A DNA stretch of 64,000 nt. It comes from Curvularia clavata. Lineage: Eukaryota. Both the position numbers and the translations under genes were made by a program. The stretch's first letter is position 1. Every line of letters begins with the position of its first letter. Positions 1 through 13,119 of this stretch are shown piece by piece. Location of the stretch: contig CP089275.1 in assembly GCA_023920165.1 (NCBI GenBank), positions 3,348,001-3,412,000 of the forward strand, in the 5' to 3' direction. The notes below the pieces were generated by a model. It ran no database searches, was not told the origin of the DNA, and saw nothing but the letters and a program-made list of their open reading frames with translations.

Positions 1-1
1 G

Positions 2-922
2 GGCCAGCTTCAGATCGTTTTGAAAAATCCGAACAAAACAGCAGTAAAACTGTTCCTAGTCCCGTACGACGTGTCAGACATGGAGCCGGGTCAGAAAACG
101 TTTGTCCGGCAACGCAGTTACTCAGCTGGACCCATAATAGACATGCCCGCTTCTTCGCGGAAGAACCTTGGTACCGACCGGCCAGAAGCTGCTCTCAGCG
201 GTTCAGATGACCCCAATGATCGCCCCATTCTCCGTTATTTGATTCATCTACATATTTGTTGCCCGTCAAAAGGCCGATACTACCTATACAAGAGCATACG
301 CGTCGTCTTCGCCAACAGAGTGCCCGATGGGAAGGAGAAACTGAGAAATGAGATCCAGCAGCCCGAGCCCAGATATAGTACTTATAAGCCGACGCGTGAC
401 TCCCTAGCGTCACAAAAGACCTCATCTGGCGGGGCTCAGCCCACTAGTGAAGGTGATTTGCGTCGTCGTAGTTCTGGATGGCCACGCCCCTACTCACAAC
501 AAGCGTTCGATCAGCTCGATGGCCTCAGACACCACGCACCGTTACCCCCCATAGCAGTCAAGTTCACTGGTGGTACTACAAACTCGTCTGCGTCGAACAG
601 CTTCAACTCGCCTATGCCAGATTTGCAACCTATACCTTTCAATTTCAGCCGACTAGCTGCTATTGAGTCCCGTCCCGTCTCCCGCGATCACATGGATGTA
701 GACCCGAAGAGTCCGTTCAGAACTCCAGTCACATCCCCAAGACCCGGTGCGAATAGCTTGGCCAGTCAAGTCGACGGTGTATTTGAGAAGCTCAACAAAG
801 GCGATGTTGGTTATGGTGGAAATGCATTCTCTCCTATCAGTAGCCCAAACAGCCCTCCCAGTGCGGGTCTGCTGTCGCAGAAGCTACGTGGTTTGGACGT
901 TGAGCGTAATGAGGAGGGCTGA
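2..922 (+). CDS. 5'-truncated DUF4210/Chromosome_seg (Atos/FAM214-like) protein, C-terminal part
   Basis: The frame is open from the window start: GQLQIVLKNPNKTAVKLFLVPYDVSDM...KTFVRQRSYS...LRYLIHLHICCPSKGRYYLYKSIRVVF. This is the recognisable conserved C-terminal block of the family. TGA at 920-922. Confidence 0.8.
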   Translation, partial: GQLQIVLKNPNKTAVKLFLVPYDVSDMEPGQKTFVRQRSYSAGPIIDMPASSRKNLGTDRPEAALSGSDDPNDRPILRYLIHLHICCPSKGRYYLYKSIRVVFANRVPDGKEKLRNEIQQPEPRYSTYKPTRDSLASQKTSSGGAQPTSEGDLRRRSSGWPRPYSQQAFDQLDGLRHHAPLPPIAVKFTGGTTNSSASNSFNSPMPDLQPIPFNFSRLAAIESRPVSRDHMDVDPKSPFRTPVTSPRPGANSLASQVDGVFEKLNKGDVGYGGNAFSPISSPNSPPSAGLLSQKLRGLDVERNEEG

Positions 923-1408
923 CCGTGTTCTCGGTTGCTCAATGGCAGACGTGCAGTCTGCTTGTTTATTTTTCATTCTGCCTACTACCATTGTTTTATT
1001 CGTCTAATACCCCATTGGTGTTTATACTATGCTGGCGTTGTGGAGTGGTACTCATGCAGAGCAGGCCAATCAGCATTGTTCGCTATGTCTTGTATGTATA
1101 TAGATGATATTAATACTACTCACCTCTTTTCGACCGTATCACACTACCCAGTTCATTGAGTCAGTGCAACCGTTGGTTTCAAGATGGTGTACCTATAGCA
1201 TGTACTCGAGGATGTTAGCGCCGTTATAGGGCTTAGCGTGGATGGCGGGGCCTGCCGTTCGCAAAGAGTGACGTCGGCAATATTAATACATATATGCTCA
1301 TCCAAGCAGGAGCTTCCGGTAGCATTGTCGCACACTCGAATCCTTCAAGCTTGAAGTACCAGCTCTACATAATTTCTTTCGCCTGATATACTCCGTTGTG
1401 CTGTAGCA

Positions 1409-2271
1409 ATGGCGTCCAAACGCGCGGTTCAACTCTTCGGTGCTCGCGCAAATGCATCGGTTGTAGCACGACAGACTCCGCGATTGAGCTCTGACATTGT
1501 ACGAGCATTCAGCCTTGCATCGCGACAACATGATATATGCACTTCACAGAGAGGAGTAGCTGTGGTGGGAGGCGCACCGAGGTTGCACGTGGCACCCGTA
1601 CAGAAGAGGTGGCATTCGCAAAAGCCGGCCAACCTGAACAAAGTCTACCAGTTTGAAGATGTATGTTATTTTTTCCTCTGTTCACTGGAAATGACTAACA
1701 TATAAAGGTCCTACACATTCTCGAACACCCCTCCGACTCTCGTCTTCTCATCGACGTTCGCGAACCCCACGAGTTCGAGGCCAACACTATTCCGACTTCT
1801 ATCAACATCCCTGTCACGTCCCAGCCAGATGCGCTACTACTAAGCGAGGAAGACTTTGAAGATCGCTTTGGATTCCAGAAGCCACCCAAAGCTAAGGAGG
1901 TGGTGTTTTTCTGCAAGGCGGGAGTAAGGAGTTCGGCAGCAGCGGGCATTGCGAGACAAGCAGGGTGAGTTCAATCTTTTGTGGAATGCCGAGTTGACAC
2001 AAAGAGGCATGGAGATGTCACATTCAAGATCGGCACACTAATGGGTAATAGGTATACAAACGTTGGTGAGTACCGTGGCTCATGGCTCGACTGGCAGAAG
2101 CGCGGTGGCCCAGGTACCAAGTCACCACCTAAGCCAGATGGCATGGGAGAACCCAAGGAGCCTACTACGGAAACCAAGCCTACTGCTAGAACAGGTACCA
2201 GCGGAGAGGAGGATATAGGCACTCAAGGACAACCAGTACCACCGGCTGGAGGTTTCACTGGTCGGCAGTAG
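1409..2271 (+). CDS. Mitochondrial rhodanese-domain sulfurtransferase (Rdl2-like), 3 exons
   Basis: Arg/Ser-rich presequence-like N-terminus. Introns 1661-1707 and 1965-2051 (GT..CTAAC/CTAAT..AG). The spliced product contains LIDVREPHEF, the active-site loop VFFCKAGVRS and YRGSWLDW. Confidence 0.88.
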
Positions 2272-2518
2272 AGACTGGTACACTGAGCTAGGCCAATAAG
2301 ATACGATGTGACAGGGACTGCTCGAGAAGTGGACAGAGCGCAGCTTGTAAATACATTGAAAGTTTGGGAGGCGGCATTACACTTAGCAATCTCTTATAGA
2401 TGATCATTTATGGGCATAATACGATAGCTGCCACCATGTTGCACTATCATAGAATCCAATCACTGAGAAGCGAATAGCCTTAGTTACTTGAACCTACTAC
2501 AGTTCAAAGTACAGAACC

Positions 2519-3355
2519 TTACTTGGACTCCTCCTCAAAACACTTCTTATACTCCTCCCACAACTCCTTAACCCCCTTCCCACAGCACTCCTTCCACACC
2601 CTCTCCTCCTCATACTTACACGCCCTCAACGCCCCATTAATCCTCCTCACCACATCCTCGCCATGCTCCTTCTCCAACCACTCCAGAAAATACCCCGTCC
2701 GCTCATACCCTGCATCCCACTCGCAATCAGTCCTCCTCTTCCAATGCGGCGGCGCATACCCCGCCTTCAACCGCACCCAATCCGCAACACCCTCTGTCAA
2801 CCCCGTCGGCGCGGTACCCAGCCCATCACGCTGCCAGCAATGCACCATCTCATGCACTAGCACACCCATAATCTCTTCCTTCTGCCGTGCTGGCGCGACG
2901 GAGGAAATGTACGATGTGTTGAAGTGTATTTCCTTGTGTTCGTCGTCTAGCTCCAGACCCGTCGTGTATGCCACGCCATCCATATCGCGCAGAACAAGTG
3001 TCACGGAACGTGTACCTGGGATGTCGGATTGTGGCATCCCGCGGTACAGGTGGGTGAGCACGGTGTCTACGGCGTGGGAGAGGGCGTCCGAGGCATGGAT
3101 GAGGCGCAGGAAGGCGTGTGCGCCGGCGGAGGACACATCGCGGAGTTCGAGGCGCAGGAGGGGGGTGCGCGCAGGCTTGACTGTGGGTGCAGAGGGAGCG
3201 GGCGCGGGGACGGGCGTGATGTGCAAGGTGGGATTGAAGGGGTGGGTTGGGGGTAATGTGGTGGACTGCGGGGCGGGTGGGTCGGACGTGTCGGTGATGT
3301 TGTTGGCGTTGCTTGCGGAAGACATGATTTGGTATTGTTTGCTGGGTTGAGACAT
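2519..3355 (-). CDS. BSP/PBSP (basic secretory protein family) HExxH metallopeptidase-like protein
   Basis: ORF contains DMDGVAYT, EIMGVLVHEMVHCWQ, LTEGVADWVRLKAG and WDAGYERTGYFLEWLE. The start codon is uncertain (3355 or 3325). Confidence 0.82.
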   Translation of the reverse strand: MSQPSKQYQIMSSASNANNITDTSDPPAPQSTTLPPTHPFNPTLHITPVPAPAPSAPTVKPARTPLLRLELRDVSSAGAHAFLRLIHASDALSHAVDTVLTHLYRGMPQSDIPGTRSVTLVLRDMDGVAYTTGLELDDEHKEIHFNTSYISSVAPARQKEEIMGVLVHEMVHCWQRDGLGTAPTGLTEGVADWVRLKAGYAPPHWKRRTDCEWDAGYERTGYFLEWLEKEHGEDVVRRINGALRACKYEEERVWKECCGKGVKELWEEYKKCFEEESK

Positions 3356-3722
3356 CAGTGGTGTGGGAATGAGATGCGTCTGTTGTTTGGTGGGGATAAG
3401 GACTGGTGACCGGGTCTTAAGGAATGAAGTTATTTGTTGTACTTGTACACCTAAGGGGAAGACAGTAGTAATACGTACGGACTGTATACCGGTACGTGCC
3501 AGGGGTCGCATGCTTCCGAGTCAGATAATGCGGGCAATTAGAAACCTTGTTTTGACGAATGGTGTATCGAGTGTATTCTCCTCTATATGATCTATATCTC
3601 TTCTCATCTTGTGTACGTTTGCTCGTGCCTTGCTGTTGTTCTTGTTGAAACATTTGGTCCTGTGTAAGTCTTCCGTCTATATGACACGTACTACGCCCCC
3701 TCGTTCTATCTACGATATTTCT

Positions 3723-4760
3723 TCACGGACTCTTGAACACCTCAGGGAAGACGTTGCGCAGCTCCTGTAAGCTGCGGATTTGATACTTGCTGGCAGGCTT
3801 TTCGGGAGCCGGGTCGTTCTTGTCCAGAAGGTGTGCTGTTTTCCATCCTCGTTCTTCAGCCGCTTTGCAGTTGATGTACGAGTCATCTAGGCATGGAATT
3901 AGTGGTAAAGTTTGAAGAATCGCACCCTTCTGGGATTAACTCACCAACAAAGTAGCATTTCTCGTTTGACTTGATACCCGCCTCAGCCATGGCCTTGTCA
4001 AACATGTCGGCATGGGGTTTACAAGCGAACTTTTCAGATCCATAATCACAGTACGTGATGCCCTCGAACAGATCGTCGACTTGCAGCAATTTGACAACGC
4101 GCTTGCCATGGTTGATGTACGCGTTTGTGAAGAGCCACAGCCGGACTTTGCTAGTGTCGATGTCTTCAATTAGCTTGCGCAGTTCGAGATCCGGTTTGAT
4201 GACGTCTTCCAGAGGCAGTGCGTCGTCGACTTTGCTGTTGTATTCCAGCGCATCGACTTTGTGATGGCGGACCAGTCCTTCAATAGCAAGGCCATATTCA
4301 CGGTAGTACCGGTAGTGCAGCTCGGTGGCATCCTCTTGTGATAGACTGAGGTGCTCTTGGAAGAATTTATCTACAAGGTTGTTAATTGGGTGTTTGAGAA
4401 AATGCCAGGATATCAGATGGGAACAAGATATTGTATCCGGCTGAATTGTCCAAGTCTGTTAATACAAAGGATGCCTACCTATCAGCTCAGCCATCATGCG
4501 GTGGATTTCGAGACCTAGTCAATTTAGTACAAAATACTGTGATTCGTATAGCATGGACTACGCACTCTTGGGATAGAGCTATGAAATAGTTAGCAGCGTT
4601 CATCAAGTCTTGAGGACAAACTAACACAGTTGTCGATATCAAAAAAGAAGACGGGCTTTTCGTCCTTGTCCGCAAGGGTTGAGTTGTTGGCGGGTGAGTC
4701 ATTTGCAGCTTGTGACCGGTACTTCATGGTCGCCGGTGGTGCAGCTGTGTTGAAGTCCAT
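3723..4760 (-). CDS. SDT1: HAD-superfamily pyrimidine 5'-nucleotidase (Sdt1/Phm8-like), multi-exon
   Basis: Exon 1 ends in KPVFFFDIDNC (HAD motif I). Later exons give YREYGLAIEGLVRHHKVDALEYN, WLFTNAYINHG, CKPHADMF and CYFVDDSYIN. TGA at 3723-3725. Confidence 0.88.
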
Positions 4761-5290
4761 TGTTTAGGCTCAGTTGGTGTTCGATGTTTAGTTTATTAGG
4801 TGGATAGTAGTAGGATCTGCAGTTGTAGAAAAAAATGAAGTTTGGAAGAGTGCCACTAAAGTACGTCAGTTTGCTGTGGGTTTCAAATTCAAGTCGCGAT
4901 GATGGACAGTGGCGTCATACGTTTTTGTAGCGCTGCAAACAAGCAGTATGTAAAAGTGTTTCGAAGAACTTCTGTCGGATCGAACTCGGTGCTATCCTAT
5001 ACAGTCATCGACGGCCAGTACATGCTCGGGCGCCCGCCTGTTTGGGACTAGTGCTGGGGACGGGGTTGGCGCGTGCATGGCTGAAAACCACAACGCGCGC
5101 AACCCCGACTCTCATCATTCCCGACTGGCGTGTCGCTGTTCACTCCCTTTCCCTTCTTCCATCCCCACGCCCAGCTTAGTTGCAGGTGCTGGCTGTATTT
5201 GTATAATCACCAACGCTGCGCTCGCATCTTGGTATTGGTACTGATCTTCTCGCCTATTCCCCTGTTGTAATTGTAGCGCCAACTGCTTCA

Positions 5291-7733
5291 ATGTCGTCAA
5301 CAGCCACAGCGCCGTTGTCGCATCTGAATGGGGCCGGCGCGGTATCTGCAGAGGTGCTTCGCGAGGCCGAATTCCTTCAGAAGATTCTGCAGATACGCGA
5401 CGATGTGTTTGCTAGCAAACACCCGCGCATCCACCTTCCAGCCAAAGTAATAGAACAGGTTGCACCACGTCTCCCCCAAGCTGCCTTGGGCAGACCCACG
5501 ACAAACGGCACATCCATCGGATCCTCGTCTCATCTGCTTCCTCCGCGTCCAGCGTCGTCAGGGCGACCTCCCACGTCTCCAATCCCCCCTACACCCACAC
5601 AGCGACCTTTTCCGAACAAGTCTTCTTCGTCAAGCATCGACCCTGTCTTGCTCACAAAGTCGGAACATTTGGTTAGGGCAGAGCAGCAGCTTAAGCGACA
5701 GCAAATAGAACGCTCTCTCAAGGACCAGTTCGACCGGAAAGGTCGCAACAACGATGCTGATGAGCGAGAAGCTCTCATCGATGTGGAGCAGTGTTTGATC
5801 AAGGCTCATCAACTGGTTCCTCCAATCTCTGGCTTACCCTCTACGGCTAACAACAGTGATGGCGTCGAGTCATTTGACGAGAACTCCTACTACTCTAGCA
5901 AGGCAGACAGTTGGTCTCCAGAACCTGATCCCGCTGACTACAGCCATGCTGCAGCAGCTCCACTGACCCCACAAACACAACAAAATGCCCAGCAAGTGAC
6001 TGTTCACACCCGTCCAGCTGATCCCCCAGTGATTGATCTGGACGAGGAGGCCTATGAGCCGGCTGATGACATAGAAATCTACGAGCCTGAACCAGCACAA
6101 GTGCATGAGGATGGTGATGAGGAAGAGGACTATTCTCCGCCTCCAGCCGACATTGGTCCAAGTGAGCCAGCAAGAGGCCGGGGGCGTAACCGTAACGGTG
6201 GGACAAACGGGTAAGATATTGAAGACTTTCCTTTACAGTTTTATTTCTATTTTTTCTTTAGGGCTTCTACATCATGAGACATATGGATGCCGAGTACTTG
6301 CAAACTGGACTGGAACACTAATCCTCTGTTGCTGACTGCCAAGAAACTTGGGAACCTGGATCTCAACCGGGACATTTTTCTGCATGATGTATGGAGACCT
6401 CATAAATTTTGTCTATGAAGCGTTTATATCAATGTCCCTTTTCTTTTCAAGATTAAGTTGCTAATTTGCGTATAGTTCCTCACGTCGCCAGAGCCCCACC
6501 GGTGCAGTGCCATCTGTACAGAACCCTCGCAAGCGGAGAAGAGAAGAGAGACGAGAGCGCGAGGAGAGGAGACGCCAGCAGGCCAATAAGCAACCACTGC
6601 AGTCTCCCGAACCCTATATCAAGGAAGAGCCGCAATCACCTCCTCCTTTCGGAAGCTACTCAGATCCGCAGCCAAGTAAGCGTCGCGCGCTGCAACCTCA
6701 ACCAGATGAATTAGAGGTTGTATCGGCACAGGCAAGCCCTAGGATGCAGCCTGTCTACTACCGCGATCAGGAACCGCTGATACGTTCTTATCGTGAGTTT
6801 GATGAGCCCTCCTCTCCTACTGTCATACGCACACCACAACGTAGAGTGCAGCGCGACGACCATGATCTTAGGCGGGTTGCGAGTCTACAGTTCGCCCGAC
6901 GACCGTACTCTCCTGGTGGTGGTGGGGAGCTTTATGCAGCGCCAGAGCCCCGTCAGATGCGTGCAGCATCCCATGCCTTTGTCGAGCGCGCCGAAGTGCC
7001 ACCTACGTACCGAGAAGTGTCAGCTCGCCCGTCAGCAGCACCTAGATACATGCGCGAGCGCTCACGGTCCCCTATTCACGAGTATATTGGACATGGTTCA
7101 TCGCCAATGCTCATGGCCCCGCCGCCCCGCCGTATTGTTGTGGACCAGTATGGGAACAAGTACTACGCTGCGCCCGTGGATGCTCGAGAGTCGATGGCAC
7201 CGCCTAGCAGACGCATAGAGGTTGACCCTTACTATGAGCGGGCTGTTACACGGGAGCCGGCGATGCGTGCACCTGGTCGAACAGAGATGTACGAAGAGGA
7301 TGTGATACAGAGAATGCCACCACCACCACCGCGACGCTATGTCGAAGCATCGGAGGCGGAGATGATGGAGAGCCCGTACCGTCAGCGGGAGGCGTCTCGT
7401 CGTCCCGTGGAAGTGGAGTACCGGCCTGCACCTCAATATGAAGAGATGGGCCCCCCACGAGAGTACCCTTCTGCGCGGTCATATAGCATGCGTCCCGAGG
7501 GAGTGCGGAGGGAAATACCCGAGGGCTATGTCCGTCACGAGAGCATTCAGCCATTGGCTGTACGTGCATCGCAGCCCCGCTTCCGCGAGGTCAGCGTGAT
7601 GCAACAAGAGCCGTTTGATGAACGTCGCTATATCAGTGCGCCTCAAAATAGGCGCTATGTCGAAGAAGGGCCCATGGAGGGTGCGGCTGAGCCATATCCT
7701 GGCGAAGCGCGTCACGTGTATGCCCGGTACTAA
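5291..7733 (+). CDS. Uncharacterised Pro/Arg/Glu-rich fungal protein, 2 exons
   Basis: The ORFs at 5291 and 6507 join in frame through intron 6211-6475 (GTAAGA..CTAAT..TAG). Low-complexity sequence with a conserved-looking RRIVVDQYGNKYYA block. Confidence 0.72.
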
Positions 7734-8843
7734 GGTTTGTGATTACACAGTTTTGCGCTTTGGGACTAGTTTCCATGTGTAGGCACTTGTTGAAATCCAC
7801 GTAAGATGAGTGTGTTGGGCACAGGCGAGGACGCAAAAGAAGAAAGCTTAGTTGTAACGCTATGTAATAATGGATAGACGGCATTGATTGCATCGTCAGT
7901 TGGTGACATGATTTGATTGCTTCTCAGGTGCATGTGGGGTGTCGAAGCATGCAAGACAAAGGGTCTTGAGGTGGGAGAGTTTGCAGAGCATTGGTTTGGT
8001 AGCGATCGGACGAGTGTTTCAGGGCAGTAGGGCGCAAGGTGACGCATGGCCGGGTGTAGCAGGCGACTAGAGGAGGCGGATTATACCGTATGAGGCTGGC
8101 GGGCGGGCATCCGTCATGGCACAAGCAGGGGGAGGGGCGCGGACGTAATCGTCGGGACCATGGGAGGCAGCGGGAAGAGAAGGTCGGGTCTGGTCTCTGA
8201 GGTTGTTGATGGCCGGGGAAGCTTGGACAGGCTCTCAGGCCCGTTTGGTCACAGCGAGGCCGGGGGGAGGCCGGCTTTGTTTGGCACGCGAGGAGGGGTG
8301 CGGGCACGCGAGTGGGCAGTCTGCTGCTGTATGACGGAGAGCAGAGGGCGTCAGACTATGGCCTTGTATCTTCTTACCGGGGAAGGCCATGATGGTGTAA
8401 TACGGAGCGCGTCTGAGCGCGGGCTATACTGGTTTGGTGGTAGATGTGCAGGCTCTCGGTCCACCACCACACAGCCCAGCTCAACAAGCAGCCGGCGTCG
8501 ACGACGAGCAGCACACGGCCTGACACGATGGGGGGAAACGAGCAAAAATCAAACAAATTGAATACCCGTGGCGGCCAGGCGCCCAACACAAGACATGTCT
8601 GGCCCTGCCGCCGTATCCGTCTCTGCTGGGCCTCGTCGTGGTGCCCGCTGAGGTTGCTTTTGGCCTTGGAGGCACACTGGGGCCCACCATCGCGAGTGCA
8701 GCCAATCAGCGGCCCCCACCGCCTTGCTCGACGCTCGCTCGCCCGCCAGCTGCTGCGCTCCCCATCTTCCTCGTCCTAACCCTTCCCTTCCTTCTCTCCA
8801 CCACCCTCCGCCCGCCAACACCCAGGGCGAACCCCCGACTACC

Positions 8844-11800
8844 ATGCACAAACTCTCAAACTTCCCGGCCCAGGCCCGGCACGGCTGGGAGAAGATGACC
8901 CCCTCGACCGGCTTCTCCTTCTCGAGATCCAACCACGAAATGCCCGTCACAGCTCCCATCAAGCGGCCCTCGACTGCAACCTCAGCCCCGCCCGTCATAC
9001 CCCCCGGCACACAGGTCAATCTGTCCTTCAACGTGCCCTTTTCCTCCAACCTCGCCGGCCCCGACCCGGACGACATCATGTGGGCCAGCCCGGGGGCAAA
9101 GGCGCGGTGGACTCATCCGGAAGGCACGGCAGAAGGCACGCCCACGCACAAACTGCCCGTACACGCCCAAAACGTCGACAACCTGCGCTCTCTGTGTAGA
9201 GAGGTGAGCGAGCAGACCGACGGACGCGTCTCCGCTGTCGTCACGTCGGCCGAGTCCAAGCCGCTACCCGGCCTGCAGCGGGGCCCGCTGCGGGCGCTCG
9301 TCACCAATGTCTGTCTGTCTGGCGAACTCGAGATTGTCAACTCGATGCGCTGCAGGATTCTCAACTCGACTCCCATTTCTCTGGTACGCTGCCTGTCCGA
9401 GTCGTGACTTTCGGCCCGTTGCTGACATCTTGGCATAGCGATCTTCTTTTGTCGACATTGATTCGCAGCTCATCATAGACCCGCCTACACAGAATGTTAG
9501 AGGCGCCGTGCTGAACCAGCTCGATCTCATTGCAAAAGCCACCAAGGCCGATATCTTTTTGCTTATGCCCAAGCAGCCCGATATTGAGACGGCGAGCTTC
9601 CATGGCAACATCGATACCGGAGCCGACCCGCGCCTTCGCTGTGCCATCTATGGAGATCTCGAGACCATGGAGCATGCAAAGACACGCGTGTTGATCATGA
9701 TCGACCAGATTGTGAGTTTCTGATGCCCCACTGATGTTCACTAGCGCTTCATGCTAACGCCATGCCGTCACAGCTTAAGCGATGTGTTGATACTATGAAG
9801 CTCGAACTAACCATGCATACTCTGATATGCGGACGTGGACGCAAGAACATCAAGATGATTGAGTCGGCTACAGGCACAGCCATTTACTTTCCCCCGCCGT
9901 TCCCGCGCCTGTTCGGCTATACGCCACCAGGCGCCCAACGGCGCCCCGACGATCTAGTCTACATTACGGGAGAGAACTCCGAGAACATATTGCGCGCCAA
10001 GCAACGTCTGCATGACCTGGTCATGTCGACTAAAGTCTTTGTGAAGCCCGTCATGGTCACTGACACCAAGCTCGACGCCATTCTGCTTGAACGTCTGGAC
10101 AAGGTCCGCAAGATCATCGAGAACAATGGCTCCTACATCCTGCTGCCTCCTCTGGGAGTTCAGCGTGGTGTGGTCCGCGTACAGGGTACTGACGTCTTGC
10201 ACGTCGAGCGCACTGTACGTGAGCTCATGCAACTTGTAAGTAGTTTTTTTTATTCGCCGTCAGTTGTCTTATGCACCTACTTACGACCATCAGGCTGGCC
10301 AGTTTTACAGTGCATCGTGGTTCATCACTCACCCTGACCCCACGCAACGCCCTCCTACCCCGGCTGACGTTCGTGCCATGTTGTCCGACATTTGCATCAA
10401 CTCGGGTGCTGAAGTCAGCTTTGAAAAGCTCAACTTCCACATCTATGGATCTGACGATGCCGTGCGAGCTGCCCTCATGGTCATTAGCAACATCCCATTC
10501 GTTAAGAAGTCGCAGTACAACATGAGCGTCAAGATTGAGCTCGCCAACGAGCACAAGGAGTTTGTCAGCGGCAAGAAAAATGGCAAGATCAACAAGATTA
10601 TGAGTCACAGCAGTGTCCAGATTGTGTTCGATGGCTTCAACGAGTACAACTTCTACATTGTAGTCCGCGGCGCCCAGTACGAGGCCACAAAGAATGGTCT
10701 AGACCTTGTAGAGCAGGAGATGCCTGCCTCCATCTCCTTCCACGTCCCTGACCAGTACCACAAGCGCATCATTGGTATCGGCGGTCAGCACATCCAGCGC
10801 ATCATGAAGAAGTACTCCGTCTTCGTCAAGTTCTCCAATGCCATGGACCGTGGTGGATTCGGCAAGGAAGAGGATGATATCAAGGTCGACAACGTCATCT
10901 GCCGTACGCCTGCGCGCAACGCTCAGAACCTAGACCTCGTCAAGCAAGAGATTATGGACATGGTTGAGAAAGCCGATGCCGAGTTCGTCTCAGAGACCAT
11001 TAACATCAATCGCTTGTACCACCGTGAGCTCATTGCTCGCCTGGACAAGATCGACGAGCTGGAGAAGAAGTTCAACTGCAAGATCACCTTCCCCAGCACT
11101 GAAGAAGCCAGCGACATTGTAACTGTGTCTGGCCCTGAGTACCAGGTGCCATTCGCAGTCGATGAGTTTTTGGTAAGCCTTTTCTCCAATCTGCATTATG
11201 AGACATTATCACTAACCAGTTTTAGGGTATGGTACCCGAATCTCACGATCTAGCTTTCCCATCTACCACTGAGCTTAGTGAGCATATCCGCTCCGCCGAA
11301 TTCCAAGCCGAGATCCTTGACAAGCTCAAGACTCAGCATGAGGTTGACGCCCAGCTTCAGCAACCTCAGACCGAAACCATTGATGGCAAAGAGGAGCAGA
11401 TCGAGGCCTTCCATATTGTCTTCACTCGCAACAATGCTGGTGGTCTGAAGGATGCCATTGACTTCTTACTCAACCACCTTGTCATGCACGGACTGGACAC
11501 TAACACAGTTCGTGGCGCCCTGCCGCGTCCCAAGTCTGACTCCTTTGAAGATTCTTTACCCTTCTTCGAGTCGAAGCTTCTTCAGCGTGCTGAGCCTGCT
11601 GTCGACAGCACAGACTCTCCTACTCGCTCCCACTTTGGTGGTGACGACGAGCCTCGTGGCATGTTGGACCGCCTTCGCAAGCCAGGTAGCATGTCGTCTT
11701 TCACGTCCATCTTCAACGGACGCAAGAACACCAACTCACCCGGGTCGCTCTTCAAGCATGCTTCGAGCAACGCTTCCAAGGCATCCCTTGCTAGCCTGGA

Positions 11801-12047
11801 ATCCACGGGTAGCTACCGCAACCCATGGAACGACAGCGGCATTAACCTTGCAGACGATGAGCACCACACCAACGGCTGGCCCATGCCAGCCCCTCGTTTT
11901 GAGTCCAAGTTTCCTTTTGGTTCCTCTTCCGCGGCGTCTGGGGATGTGACACCCCGGTACGATCCGCGGGGCTCCGTGGACAGCGGGCGCCCTAGCACTT
12001 CTCATTCTGCATCTGGATACCCGGCCCCTATTGGGCCTCCTCGTTAA
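8844..12047 (+). CDS. Multi-KH-domain RNA-binding protein, about 5 exons
   Basis: KH GxxG loops HTLICGRGRKNI, KEFVSGKKNGKINKI and HKRIIGIGGQHIQRI across consecutive ORFs joined by short GT-AG introns. Confidence 0.88.
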
Positions 12048-13119
12048 ATGATACACCACCAATCTCGAACCATTTATTTGATACCACTACTGTACCCCCT
12101 CCCGGCCTTTTAACGAAGAATACCCCGCTACGCGTTCATTGTCTCTTGTACGTGTGCGAAACGAGAAAAGAATTATACCCCCAAAACCTTCCGAATTCTA
12201 GGGCGACATCACGTATCAAACCCTAAACCTGGCTGGTTGCTTGTTTGTTTGTTTTTGCTTGTTTTCTTTTTTTACTCTTTTACCTGCTTCGCTGTACGGG
12301 TCTGTCTCTTGCAAATGGCGTTTTGTCTGTTTATTCTGTTTGAAAGTGTTTCTTTTTTTTTCTTTGCGGACTTCGAAATGATTCCCCTCCATCCTCCTAA
12401 CTACTACTCCTTACTACTGCTGGTCGAATCGGCGCAAAGAAAAGAAATATACCAATTTGCTGCTTCCTTGTGGAAAACCCAAAAAAAAACCAATCGGTCC
12501 TCTGCGTCCTCAAAGTGTGATTGTGTGATGATGTGTCTTCAATTGTATGGTGGTGATGCTGAGATCGGAATGGGGGGTATGAGTAGCCTTGTCATCTGAT
12601 AACTTCATTGTTCCACTAAACTGAGACTCTTATCTGTCACTGCTGTCGAGATGCAATCGAACATATTGATCCGGCCGCGAGGGGATAGAAACAGAAGACC
12701 TGAATCGAGACAGATAAGAGACAAAACTTACCATTGTCAAGGGAGGTAGGGAGCGTGGTGAAGCAAGTGGGGAAAGGGAATGCATATGCAGAGGGAGCAG
12801 TGTGTAAATATGCATGTGTGCATTGATTTTTGGATTGAACACTAGTAGTACCTAGTACCACAACTACTGATGCGCAATACAGCCGACGACATGCCAGAGA
12901 GCCGTAGAATGGATACATGCCTCATTGTTAAAGGTAACAGAACTTTTTAGAAAGGACCACAGCGGCTTCCGTTGCTCCCATTCCATCCTGCCACACTGTT
13001 GTTTGCACTTGAAAACTCACACCCCATCGATGCCTCCGTGTTCACAGTTGCAGCCAGGCCTTGTCCAACAGTAGAAAACATTTGCCTTCTTAATCAAAAC
13101 ACACGAAACCATTGCGAAT

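Noticed and set aside
6211..6475. Longer-than-usual 265-nt intron as a possible snoRNA host
   Set aside because: No convincing C/D or H/ACA box arrangement identified by eye.
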